This document shows, piece after piece, positions 47,074 to 55,976 of a stretch of 64,000 bases of DNA. Source of the stretch: a virus. Numbering within the stretch: position 1 is the stretch's first letter; each line of letters opens with the position of its first letter. The position numbers were made by a program, and so were the translations under genes. The notes beneath the pieces were generated by a model that was not told where the DNA came from, made no database searches, and was given only the letters and a program-made list of their open reading frames with translations. The stretch covers positions 1 to 64,000 of IMG/VR virus record IMGVR_UViG_3300010396_000006; one strand, written 5' to 3'.

Positions 47074-48797
47074 GTTCCGTTCTCGAACAGTACGGACCAA
47101 ATGCGACGATCGTAGGACCGCAACCGGGTCCCCAGACTCAGGCCATGCAGAGCGCTGCCGATATCGTGATCATGGGTGGGGCGAACGGAGGGGGCAAATC
47201 GCATTGGATTCTGCTCGAAGCAGCGCGTCATGCCCGAGTGCCAGGATATCGAGCTGTCGTGTTCCGGCGTGAATCGACTGATATCACTGACCCCGGCGGA
47301 CTCCAAGATACGTCGATGACGATCTATCCCCAGCTTGATGGATGGTTCCGATCCAACAAACTGGATTGGATATTCGATCCGGATGCTCGCATTTCATTCC
47401 GAGGACTGCCGCACGCCAAGGATGCTATCTCGTGGGATGGAAAAGAACTGGCGTTCATCGGCTTTGATGAATTGCAATTGTTCACCGAATTTCAATTCTG
47501 GTATCTGTTCAGCCGCATGAGGTCCAGTTGCGGCGTCAACCCCGTTATTCGAGCGACATGCAATCCCGTTCATGAGGAAGATCCGACCGGCGGATGGTTG
47601 AAGATCCTGATTGGCTGGTGGCTCAACTGGGAAACCGGGTTTCCAATTCCAGAGCGATCCGGGAAAGTGCGATGGTTCGTGCGGTTGAACAATGAACTTC
47701 ACTGGGGCGATTCCCGCGAAGAACTGATTGAGCGATTCACCGATCCGGACAGTAAAGAGGAAGGCCCAACCGTCTTTCCGATGTCGATCACGTTCATCCC
47801 GTCGAAGTTACGGGACAACCCGATACTGATGAACTCGTCGCCCCAGTATCGAGCCAGCTTGATGGCGTTGCCGGACTATCTGAAGAAACAGAAATACGAA
47901 GGCAACTGGAACGCGAAACTTCAGGCCGGAACATTCTTCAAGATTGGTGTGATGGGCCGCAAAGGTCAGATCATTCCGATAGAGGAACTGCCGGCGATCG
48001 GCCTACGTTATTGCCGTGCCTGGGATCTGGCATACACGGAAGGGGCTGGAGACTGGACCGTTGGTGACTTATTGGCGACTGATGGGAAAGGAACATTTTA
48101 TCTCATTGATCAAGTTCGTGGACAATGGGAATCAAGCAATCGCAATGATCGAATGTTGGCAGTCGCCGCTGACGATGAAGAGAAATACGGTCGAGTCAAG
48201 ATCTGCGTTCCACAAGATCCATCGGCCGGAACTGAAATTTGTGAGCGACTGCTGAAAATGTTTGCCGGTTATTGGGTTGTCGGTCGAAGGCCAATCAAGA
48301 ACAAGGCAGAGCGAGCGTCGGCTTATTCGTCGTCATTCAATGGCGGAAATGTGAAGTTCGTCAAAGCGCCATGGAATTCCGGATTGCTTCAACGAATGGA
48401 TTCATTCCCGACGAAAGATATCCCAGATGATGAGATTGACGCATCTGCGGACGCCTATGAAGAACTCAGAGGCCCATCGCCTGGGGGAGCAATGGCTGAT
48501 CAAAGTGCCGTTGCCAACCCGACAGAGAAGGAAAACGTCAATCCGTTCCGCGGGTTGCTGGAAAGCTATGTTCGCGAATTCTGGTCGACCATGTCGAAGA
48601 ATGAACCAACCTGTCCCGAGTGGAAGGGATCGTTGGCAAGATTCGTTGATGATGTCGGTGAGCGCCCAAGCGACGATCACAAACTCGCAAGACGCGATCG
48701 CAACGAACTATGGGGTCCAGCAAACTTCTACTGGCAACTGGGCGATGAACCGCCTCCACCGATCAAAAGAGGCTGGGGCAAGGCAATGGCGGATTGA
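47070..48797 (+). CDS. terL: terminase large subunit with C-terminal extension
   Basis: PQPGPQ, GGANGGGKS (Walker A), FIGFDEL (Walker B), RATCNP, AWDLA and DDEIDA nuclease acids. Confidence 0.95.
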   Translation: MSSVLEQYGPNATIVGPQPGPQTQAMQSAADIVIMGGANGGGKSHWILLEAARHARVPGYRAVVFRRESTDITDPGGLQDTSMTIYPQLDGWFRSNKLDWIFDPDARISFRGLPHAKDAISWDGKELAFIGFDELQLFTEFQFWYLFSRMRSSCGVNPVIRATCNPVHEEDPTGGWLKILIGWWLNWETGFPIPERSGKVRWFVRLNNELHWGDSREELIERFTDPDSKEEGPTVFPMSITFIPSKLRDNPILMNSSPQYRASLMALPDYLKKQKYEGNWNAKLQAGTFFKIGVMGRKGQIIPIEELPAIGLRYCRAWDLAYTEGAGDWTVGDLLATDGKGTFYLIDQVRGQWESSNRNDRMLAVAADDEEKYGRVKICVPQDPSAGTEICERLLKMFAGYWVVGRRPIKNKAERASAYSSSFNGGNVKFVKAPWNSGLLQRMDSFPTKDIPDDEIDASADAYEELRGPSPGGAMADQSAVANPTEKENVNPFRGLLESYVREFWSTMSKNEPTCPEWKGSLARFVDDVGERPSDDHKLARRDRNELWGPANFYWQLGDEPPPPIKRGWGKAMAD

Positions 48798-48822
48798 CAA
48801 CGAAAATCTTTATGATTACCGT
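48794..48822 (+). promoter_or_regulatory. sigma70-like promoter with operator palindrome in spacer
   Basis: TTGACA 48794-48799, 17 bp, TACCGT; AAATC-TTTAT-GATTA 48804-48818. Confidence 0.65.
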
Positions 48823-48857
48823 TGACGCCGTTCAGTTTCACCTCAAAGGGTTGCGGC

Positions 48858-49475
48858 ATGACAGGCGAAGAATACGACTTTGCTGATCGAGCGCTCAGTT
48901 TCATGGGCCGTTTGGATGCGTTACAAGCCGCTCAGTCGGAATGGTCTCAGCGAACATTCGGGTCAGATGAGAAGAGAGGTCCCCGCGGCCCGTTGCTTCA
49001 TCTCGCCAAGGAGGCCGACGAAGCCGCTCAAGAGGAGGTCGGATCGGCCAAGCAACTGAAGGAATTCGGAGACGTATTCCTGTTGACCCTTGAGTCATTC
49101 CGGCGCGGAAAAAGAACGATCGATGAAGTTCTGGAAGCCGCAATTGCGAAGCATGCCGAAAACAGGCTTCGCGTATGGAATGTGATCGATGCGGAAGAAC
49201 CAATCTTCCACAAGAAAGAACCGTCGTTTCGGATCAAGCCACTCGAATGGCAGGATTCTCAGTTCGACGTCAATCTTAAAAGAGCCGAAACGATATTTGG
49301 ATTCTATTGGGTGCAATACAATCCGATGTTTGAAACCGATTTCGCCTGGGGATTTCATTTCCACGATTTCACCGATGAAGAACAGCACTGTTGCATGTCG
49401 TTTGATCAGGGTAAGCAACTCGCCTGGGAGAACTGGCAGGAACGAATCAAAAGCGCATTGATCGAGGCCGAGTGA
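48858..49475 (+). CDS. DUF550 / MazG-like dNTP pyrophosphohydrolase domain protein
   Basis: EWSQRTFG...GPRGPLLHLAKEADE...EFGDVFLL...KHAENRLRVW. Confidence 0.8.
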   Translation: MTGEEYDFADRALSFMGRLDALQAAQSEWSQRTFGSDEKRGPRGPLLHLAKEADEAAQEEVGSAKQLKEFGDVFLLTLESFRRGKRTIDEVLEAAIAKHAENRLRVWNVIDAEEPIFHKKEPSFRIKPLEWQDSQFDVNLKRAETIFGFYWVQYNPMFETDFAWGFHFHDFTDEEQHCCMSFDQGKQLAWENWQERIKSALIEAE

Positions 49476-49498
49476 CGGCACTAATGCAGGAGACCGGA

Positions 49499-49771
49499 AT
49501 GAGTAAGAAGCTGGACCGAGATCTATACACAGTGATCAAAATCATCACGAATTTCTTGCCCGATGATGAATTGGGGCGGAAGATTGAAGGCGAATTGACT
49601 GATGTTCTTGAAAACACGAGATGGATTCCTCCAGAACTCCGATGGGAATCGTGGGGAGAACTGATGTCCTGCCTAGATCGCAATCTGACAGGAAAATTTG
49701 AGACAGAACCTGTTTGGGTTAAAGCGATCCAGTCTGTCTGTAATGACACAAAGTTCATTTTGGAAAGCTAG
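49499..49771 (+). CDS. hypothetical protein
   Basis: AGGAG RBS. Confidence 0.6.
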   Translation: MSKKLDRDLYTVIKIITNFLPDDELGRKIEGELTDVLENTRWIPPELRWESWGELMSCLDRNLTGKFETEPVWVKAIQSVCNDTKFILES

Positions 49772-49830
49772 ACAAATGAAGCCGCTACTGAAATGGCTCA
49801 TTCAGTTATTGGGTAGTTCCAAGTCATGGG

Positions 49831-50385
49831 ATGACGAATGGGATTCATCGCTTGTTGACTGAACAATATCTTGAACTCAAAAGCCGTGTCGCGGCTGAAT
49901 ACAGTTCTGAAATCGAGTGGGCGGCAAATCTCAAGCTGTGCGCCGACTCGCTTCGATTCGCCTATGAAACGATCTGGGTCATTCTGAACGCCGGGATGAA
50001 GATGCAGGTTGCTCGACAGATCGAATCAAAGATCCTGCCGACACTGGCCAAAGGCGAATCGGCATCAATGGTATTCGGTCACAAACTGAAATGCCGGGCA
50101 ATTGATGATGTCTGGAAGAATCGAGTCAAACTGTTCAGCGAGTACCAATCGGCAAATGACAAGCTGGAATACCTCGAAACACTGCCGCACATTGGGCCGA
50201 TCACCAAATTCCATCTGGCTCGAAATCTTGGTTTAGACTTCTGCAAACCAGACCGTCACTTAGTTCGTATTGCAGGAGATGAGACGGCGTCAGTAATGTG
50301 TCAGCGGCTGGCGGACGCGACTGGCGATCGAATTGGCGTTGTTGATTGTGTGATCTGGCGAGCCGCAAATCTGGGGTGGGTGTGA
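49831..50385 (+). CDS. HhH-GPD DNA glycosylase-like protein
   Basis: LETLPHIGPITKFHLARNLG (HhH) ... KPDRHLVR. Confidence 0.75.
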   Translation: MTNGIHRLLTEQYLELKSRVAAEYSSEIEWAANLKLCADSLRFAYETIWVILNAGMKMQVARQIESKILPTLAKGESASMVFGHKLKCRAIDDVWKNRVKLFSEYQSANDKLEYLETLPHIGPITKFHLARNLGLDFCKPDRHLVRIAGDETASVMCQRLADATGDRIGVVDCVIWRAANLGWV

Positions 50386-50386
50386 T

Positions 50387-50812
50387 ATGACAATCTTCGC
50401 CGCGCTCATAATCGGTCAGATGATCCAATTCCAATCAGACCGAGGCTACGCCGAATGCGTTGGAACAAAGGAACAAGTCGCCTCGTTCTACGTGACTTGG
50501 AAATTCTGCTGCGATCCAAATTGCCAAACGACCAACAAAGCTACCTGGGATAGATGGGATAAGCTGTGGGCCGATAATCTGTCAGAGACAATGCTGTTTC
50601 AGAATGACCGAGCGACACGGCTTGGAATCGCCAAGGCGGTCTTCTATCGCGGCTTGTGGGTGAGGTTCAGAGTTCGTATTGACCCGTTCGGATCGTTTTG
50701 GGTCTACTATTCACCGTGGGTCCATGTCGCGGCCACAATTGGTTTCCTGTTGGGTGTGATCTGGTGGCTGAAGCGAAGGATGAATCGTCAATGCAAAAGT
50801 TCGCCTGCCTGA
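50387..50812 (+). CDS. membrane protein, partial paralogue of 33725-34276
   Basis: C-terminal TM; ECVGTKEQVASFYVTWK resembles KVVGSEKDLIAFYEAWK. Confidence 0.6.
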   Translation: MTIFAALIIGQMIQFQSDRGYAECVGTKEQVASFYVTWKFCCDPNCQTTNKATWDRWDKLWADNLSETMLFQNDRATRLGIAKAVFYRGLWVRFRVRIDPFGSFWVYYSPWVHVAATIGFLLGVIWWLKRRMNRQCKSSPA

Positions 50813-50967
50813 AATGCGGCAACGTGCAAGAGATCAACAGCGAGGAAGAACACTCGGTCCGTTGCATCAAATGCAATCACGAAACAAAAGACGTACGGTC
50901 AATGGTGCGGTTGGACAGTTCAAAAGAGTTTCTGAAAAACTGGAAACCTGTCGAATATAAGGACTGA
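50791..50967 (+). CDS. Zn-ribbon protein
   Basis: CLKCG...CIKCN. Confidence 0.6.
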   Translation: MQKFACLKCGNVQEINSEEEHSVRCIKCNHETKDVRSMVRLDSSKEFLKNWKPVEYKD

Positions 50968-51203
50968 TGATGCCCGTCAATGGACCGCCTCCCAGGGGAC
51001 AATACTGCGGACCGAGGCCGCTATCGCTGATTCCATATCCCACGTCACCGCCCGCGCCGCCAAAGCGGTATGTTCGAAGAGAACCGGAGCAACGCTGCGA
51101 ACCTCCAGCCGAGAAGCCAGACAATAGCTGGATGATCCTCGCCGGTCTGTTCGGCCTGCCGTTCTTATTCGGCAGTTGTGAAAATTCCTCAAGCGACGAA
51201 TGA
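50967..51203 (+). CDS. Pro-rich small membrane protein
   Basis: TGATG coupling; C-terminal hydrophobic stretch. Confidence 0.5.
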   Translation: MMPVNGPPPRGQYCGPRPLSLIPYPTSPPAPPKRYVRREPEQRCEPPAEKPDNSWMILAGLFGLPFLFGSCENSSSDE

Positions 51204-51210
51204 GGCCAGC

Positions 51211-51411
51211 TTGAACGAACGGCAATACCCGCTGAATGTTCTCGCCATCGCGAAAGACGGTGAACGGTTCTTGTTCTTGTACGATGACGACAGTGTCGAG
51301 GAACTGATTCGCGTTCTTGGCCAATACGCCGCTGATACTGAACTCAACTTCTCATGGTATGACGCCGCCCTTCTGAGTAAGCGAATTAAAGATCGCCGAC
51401 CCGCCGATTGA
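51211..51411 (+). CDS. small protein resembling a conserved Planctomycetota hypothetical family
   Basis: NVLAIAKDGERFLFLYDD...LGQYAADTELNFSWYDAALLS; recognised from memory. Confidence 0.7.
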   Translation: MNERQYPLNVLAIAKDGERFLFLYDDDSVEELIRVLGQYAADTELNFSWYDAALLSKRIKDRRPAD

Positions 51412-51427
51412 ATCTGTCAGTCCGCTA

Positions 51428-51456
51428 TTGCAAAAATCAGTAAGATTTCACAAGAT
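51428..51456 (+). promoter_or_regulatory. operator palindrome in promoter-like site
   Basis: TTGCAA 51428-51433; AAATC-AGTAA-GATTT 51434-51448, identical to 13602-13616. Confidence 0.6.
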
Positions 51457-51512
51457 GCCAATTAACCGATTGTTGGGCAATCGGACTTGATAGACGCGGC
51501 TTGTCTGTGTCG

Positions 51513-51559
51513 GCCTGTCGTAATACTGCCCAACGGTATTGCGACAGGCTTTTTCTTTT
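51513..51559 (+). terminator. intrinsic terminator/attenuator in leader
   Basis: 16-bp stem GCCTGTCGTAATACTG/CGGTATTGCGACAGGC followed by TTTTCTTTT. Confidence 0.75.
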
Positions 51560-51576
51560 GATCAAAGGGCAATCAG

Positions 51577-53325
51577 ATGACAGTCTATGGCAGTGTGTGC
51601 GTGAGTGTTCCAACCGGTCCATCGTCAACGAAAAGCTTCTCGTTTGGGGTCCCAGGCGAGATCGTGGATCGGATGTGTGCAAGACCGGATATTGAATGGG
51701 AACCCCAATTCAAGGCGATGGTCAACAAGGCAATCAACGGGCCACCGATCGAATCAGACAATAAGGAAGAACTGAAACCGCCATTCGTTTCCGGCCAGAA
51801 AGTGATCTGCGTTCTGAACAGCAAAAATCTCGGCGGATTGACTGTCGGTGAGGAATATACGATCTGGAGATGCTTGAAGGACTCGATGATGTCGAGCGGC
51901 TTCAAATGCGAACTCAAGGAAAAGATGGTGGGCCAGATGTATTGTGCATCGCTGTTCAAAGCGAAGTCGGAGTCTGGAAAACTGTCAAACGATGAACCAC
52001 CATTCCAAGTCGGCGATCATGTTGAGATGCTCAAAGAGAGAGATCAAAAACCAACCGGGGTTGCCAGTCTCGTAGTTACGGGCGTTCGTTCACCGGAGCA
52101 GATGGCGGGGCATTGGACGCTTCCAGGCGTCAAGGCAAACGAAGGTGAGTGGTTTGTGTCGTGCGATCCAAAATGCACTGCATGGGGACCGGCAGGATAT
52201 TTTCGCAAGGCGTTCTTACCGCCATTCGCAGTCGGTGAGGAAGTGTTGGCGAATTACAACTTTTGGTCTGACTTGAATACGCTGGCTTCTGCAATCCAGA
52301 TCCACGAGAACAAGCCATATCGAATTAGAGCAATCCAAAAGGAAGTCGACTGCAATTCCGGTTGGAAAGTCTGGGTGGAAGGACAGCAAGGCGGTTGCGA
52401 TGCGTCGAAGTTCAGGAAGATGGATTCAATCGGAGAACAAATACGAAAGTCGCTCGAAGGAACATATCGCAATGCCCAGGAACTTATTGATTTTGAAGTC
52501 GGCCATGAAGCGGCAATTGCGAGAACGAACTATTTCGCATATCACGGACCGTTCGAAAGCGGCGATTTGCGATGGGGCCAAGTCAATATTGGCGAAAGAC
52601 GTCGATGGTTGAACGCCGCGAAAGCTGTCGAAGCAATCGTGAAAGATTGTGACGAATTTCGTATCGCCAATTCGATCGAAGAACTGATCCAGCAGAACAG
52701 CGGACCGGAAGATCTGAACCTCGAAGCTGGCGTGAACAAACTGGAACTGGCGTTGCAGTGGGTGAAAGATCGGATTGTCCACGAAAAGGCGAAGATCGCA
52801 CCGCAACCGTTCCAAGTCGGAGAAGTAGTTCAGGCTGTTGAAAACGTGATGAGCGGAAACGGAAAAGGAACTGTCGCCGCTGGTTGTCATATCAAAGTAT
52901 CGGCCTGCGAACGACGCAACCCTGATATCTGTCCTTCAGGCTGGATCGTGTATGCCGAAGATTGTGACCACTGGGGCGGATTCGATTCAGCGAAGTTCAA
53001 GAAAGATCCGATTGTTAATCCGGTCTCGACAGATCAATGGAAATTGCCCAATTCAGGGACTGTCAAATTCAGTCCCATCATTAATCCAAAACCAGGACAG
53101 ATCCCCATCTACAGGGGTGATGGTCAAGTTGAATGGATTGATCTTCCGAAAGATCAAACAAGATCGATAGCGTGGGAATACAGAGTAACTCCATGTCTGG
53201 ATGTCATTGATGAAGGATTTGATTCTGGCGTTGTCGACAGATTGAATAACAGCGGTGAAATCGGCTGGGAATTTGTAGCGTTCACTCCTATGACAGGACG
53301 AGCCGTATTCAAGCGCAGGAAGTGA
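51577..53325 (+). CDS. protein with four SH3/KOW-like repeats and DUF4177-like C-terminus
   Basis: PPFVSGQKV, PPFQVGDHV, PPFAVGEEV, QPFQVGEVV; WEYRV...LNNSGEIGWEFV. Confidence 0.75.
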   Translation: MTVYGSVCVSVPTGPSSTKSFSFGVPGEIVDRMCARPDIEWEPQFKAMVNKAINGPPIESDNKEELKPPFVSGQKVICVLNSKNLGGLTVGEEYTIWRCLKDSMMSSGFKCELKEKMVGQMYCASLFKAKSESGKLSNDEPPFQVGDHVEMLKERDQKPTGVASLVVTGVRSPEQMAGHWTLPGVKANEGEWFVSCDPKCTAWGPAGYFRKAFLPPFAVGEEVLANYNFWSDLNTLASAIQIHENKPYRIRAIQKEVDCNSGWKVWVEGQQGGCDASKFRKMDSIGEQIRKSLEGTYRNAQELIDFEVGHEAAIARTNYFAYHGPFESGDLRWGQVNIGERRRWLNAAKAVEAIVKDCDEFRIANSIEELIQQNSGPEDLNLEAGVNKLELALQWVKDRIVHEKAKIAPQPFQVGEVVQAVENVMSGNGKGTVAAGCHIKVSACERRNPDICPSGWIVYAEDCDHWGGFDSAKFKKDPIVNPVSTDQWKLPNSGTVKFSPIINPKPGQIPIYRGDGQVEWIDLPKDQTRSIAWEYRVTPCLDVIDEGFDSGVVDRLNNSGEIGWEFVAFTPMTGRAVFKRRK

Positions 53326-53329
53326 CGCC

Positions 53330-53533
53330 ATGATCGATGTCACCGCAATCCAATGTCCAGAGTGCGATCATCTCCCATTGAAGATCATCCATCAGTCGGA
53401 AGAACAGATCGTCGCCAAATGTCGCAATTGCGGGAATGACTGGATCATCACGGTCAAGACGGTCGTTTTATCGGAGTCGGAAATTGAGGCCGGACAAGAT
53501 GATGCTGTTGAAATCACAGACATGCCGTTCTGA
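53330..53533 (+). CDS. Zn-ribbon protein
   Basis: CPEC...CRNCG. Confidence 0.65.
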   Translation: MIDVTAIQCPECDHLPLKIIHQSEEQIVAKCRNCGNDWIITVKTVVLSESEIEAGQDDAVEITDMPF

Positions 53534-53560
53534 GAGGGAGAGTGAATCATCTGCGACGAA

Positions 53561-53839
53561 ATGAGTTCCGAAGAACGCTACGCCATGCATGAGGATATGG
53601 CGGATAAAATCACCGATGCATGCGCCGAATTGTTCCCCGAAGATGGAATGTGTGCTGATGTTTTATTCGCGTTGCTGACGGCTGCGTCATGGGGAGCGTT
53701 ATTTCTCATTGATATGCCGCCGGATCAAAAACAAAGGTTCGTTAATAACGGCGTCGTGCCGGAACTCGTTGCCACCGCTTCATGTGCGATACGAGAACGA
53801 TTAGAAAAGATGCGTGTTGCTGACAATAGCCGAAACTAA
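53561..53839 (+). CDS. hypothetical protein
   Basis: 92-aa ORF in operon. Confidence 0.6.
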   Translation: MSSEERYAMHEDMADKITDACAELFPEDGMCADVLFALLTAASWGALFLIDMPPDQKQRFVNNGVVPELVATASCAIRERLEKMRVADNSRN

Positions 53840-53854
53840 ATGAGGAGTGAATTA

Positions 53855-54574
53855 ATGGGAACGCAAGTTTGGAATGTGGCATCGCTGCTCGTCATGACGT
53901 CTATGTTCATTGGCTTGGCGACAATGCTCTATCGAGCATTCCGTCATCAACCGGACGTGAAGACTCCAGAAGATCCATACGGATTCGGTTGCAAGCCAAC
54001 GCCGATTCAATTGAGAGTCCTGAAATCAACGGCTGACATCGTGATCTATTGCGGGCCTGCTGGATCTGGAAAGAGCATGCTGATGCGAATGGCCGCAATG
54101 ATGCGAGCCAGGTTGTATCCGTCACAGCCTATCCTCACGTTCTGGTTTCAGCAGCGAGAAACGTGGGAAATGTTGGACAAGCACATTCCGTCAATTCGCG
54201 TGATCGGCCTCAAAGGCATCAATGAGGCTTGTGATCAATTTGCGGGAGTTGCGGCCCACACGATTTGCATCGACGGGATTGACTGGATCAGGGAAGAGTC
54301 GTTCTGGTTTCTGCTGTCGCGGTTGCGATCGAACGATTCGAACGTCAATCCGCAAATGTTCTGCTCAATGGATCGTCTTACAGATCCAAAGCCGCTATGG
54401 CTCGCAAAGCTGGTGAAGCATTGGGAGGAACCAGCAGACGGAATCGGCATTCGTGGAAAGCGGAATGGAATCCGTCACTTCCAAAGGATTGACGGCAATT
54501 TGCATCTTGTGGATATCACAAAGCATGATGCGTTGCTCAGCAAGCCGATCTCGATCGAATACATCCAAGGATGA
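53855..54574 (+). CDS. membrane-anchored degenerate paralogue of the terminase ATPase domain
   Basis: GAGGAG RBS; N-terminal TM; STADIVIYCGPAGSGKS and FWFLLSRLRS align with TerL SAADIVIMGGANGGGKS and FWYLFSRMRS; no nuclease domain. Confidence 0.8.
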   Translation: MGTQVWNVASLLVMTSMFIGLATMLYRAFRHQPDVKTPEDPYGFGCKPTPIQLRVLKSTADIVIYCGPAGSGKSMLMRMAAMMRARLYPSQPILTFWFQQRETWEMLDKHIPSIRVIGLKGINEACDQFAGVAAHTICIDGIDWIREESFWFLLSRLRSNDSNVNPQMFCSMDRLTDPKPLWLAKLVKHWEEPADGIGIRGKRNGIRHFQRIDGNLHLVDITKHDALLSKPISIEYIQG

Positions 54575-54624
54575 CTAATCAGGGCACGATGCCATCATCA
54601 AACCAATAACAGGAGAATCACAAG

Positions 54625-54981
54625 ATGGGATTAGCGAGACGATGGATGCGCAAAGTCGAACACAAATTTGCCGATCAATTTCAGGAAGGGGAATTCTTCG
54701 ACAAACGACAGAAACACGCCAAGCCGCAAGTATTCAACACTCGGATCTACTTCCAAGATCCAGAATCGGAATGCGTTCAAGTGTCTCGGATCATGGGAAC
54801 CACGTCTGTTGCTCATCGCCTCAAAGGCCACATGGACCGCAACCCGACATGTCGAATCTTGCAGGTGAAGAACACGCCTCATAAACGATGGACAAAGCCA
54901 GAACATCCTCTGGTCGCTCGCCGCAAGATGGCAAAGGCCAGAGCTGAAAGGCTCAAGCGTCAAATCCCGGTCAAGAGATAA
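54625..54981 (+). CDS. basic hypothetical protein
   Basis: AGGAG RBS. Confidence 0.65.
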   Translation: MGLARRWMRKVEHKFADQFQEGEFFDKRQKHAKPQVFNTRIYFQDPESECVQVSRIMGTTSVAHRLKGHMDRNPTCRILQVKNTPHKRWTKPEHPLVARRKMAKARAERLKRQIPVKR

Positions 54982-55059
54982 TCGTTACCGGTCCGTGAAT
55001 GGGTAATTGTGCCGCCAAGTTTTAAATACTCCTACGAATGTTCAAGAAAGGCTGATTTG

Positions 55060-55536
55060 ATGCCGGAGAATTTGACGATCGAGCAGAAGGCCACTAACAA
55101 CGACACATTCCGCCACATTGAACGGGTGAGAAATCTGATCAATACTTGCGTGACGGATCTACTTCGACGGGGAGAAAGACACGATCAAACGAAACTGGAA
55201 TCACCAGAGGTTGAACTGTTCACAGAATTCACGCCAAAGTTGGCTGAGTGTACTTACGGAAGCGCCGAGTACGAGGGATTCCGGAAAGCAATGGGGCCGG
55301 CGCTCGCTCACCACTATGCGAACAATTCGCACCATCCAGAGCATTGGAAGAATGGCATTGACGACATGAGCCTGCTGGACATTGTCGAAATGTTGTGTGA
55401 CTGGAAAGCAGCGAGTGAACGCCATAACGATGGAAACATCCGGAAGTCGATCACGATCAATGCCGACCGATTCAAGATGTCGCCGCAGTTGGTGAAGATT
55501 CTGGAAAACACAGCCGACTTGCTGTTCTCAGATTGA
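55060..55536 (+). CDS. HD-like phosphohydrolase (DUF5662 family)
   Basis: HIERV...HDQTK...HHYANNSHHPEH...EMLCDW. Confidence 0.8.
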   Translation: MPENLTIEQKATNNDTFRHIERVRNLINTCVTDLLRRGERHDQTKLESPEVELFTEFTPKLAECTYGSAEYEGFRKAMGPALAHHYANNSHHPEHWKNGIDDMSLLDIVEMLCDWKAASERHNDGNIRKSITINADRFKMSPQLVKILENTADLLFSD

Positions 55537-55594
55537 GACCGCTGGCAATGTGCTGACGGCAAACAGACCGTAACTCAAGTTTCAGGAGAAATCA

Positions 55595-55888
55595 GTGAAT
55601 TCAAGACCATTGGCCGATCAGGTGATCATCAAGCGAGATGACGCCGAAAAAGTGACTCAGGGAGGAATCCACCTGCCGGATCGAGCGCAGAACGTCCCGC
55701 GAAAAGGAACTGTCCTCGCCGCAGGACCTGGGCGACTTCTGGACAACGGAACCCGCGGAGAAATGGAACTGAAAGCCGGGGATCGAGTCTATTTCTCAGC
55801 TTACGGCGTTCAGGAAGTGGAGATTGACGACGAAAAAGTCATCATCTGCCGGGAGGCGGATGTGTTAGCGGTGATCGAATCTGAGTGA
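55595..55888 (+). CDS. groES: co-chaperonin GroES
   Basis: PLADQVII...TQGGIHLP...GTVLAAGPG...KAGDRV...EADVLAVI. Confidence 0.95.
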   Translation: MNSRPLADQVIIKRDDAEKVTQGGIHLPDRAQNVPRKGTVLAAGPGRLLDNGTRGEMELKAGDRVYFSAYGVQEVEIDDEKVIICREADVLAVIESE

Positions 55889-55925
55889 TCTGCCGTCGCA
55901 AAGCCCTGTCTGATATCGATTTCCA

Positions 55926-55968
55926 AGGCTGAGTTGACTATTTTGTTGACTCAGCCTCTTTCGTTTTC
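55926..55968 (+). terminator. intrinsic terminator-like hairpin
   Basis: AGGCTGAGTTGAC/GTTGACTCAGCCT followed by CTTTCGTTTT. Confidence 0.65.
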
Positions 55969-55976
55969 AGGCAAGG

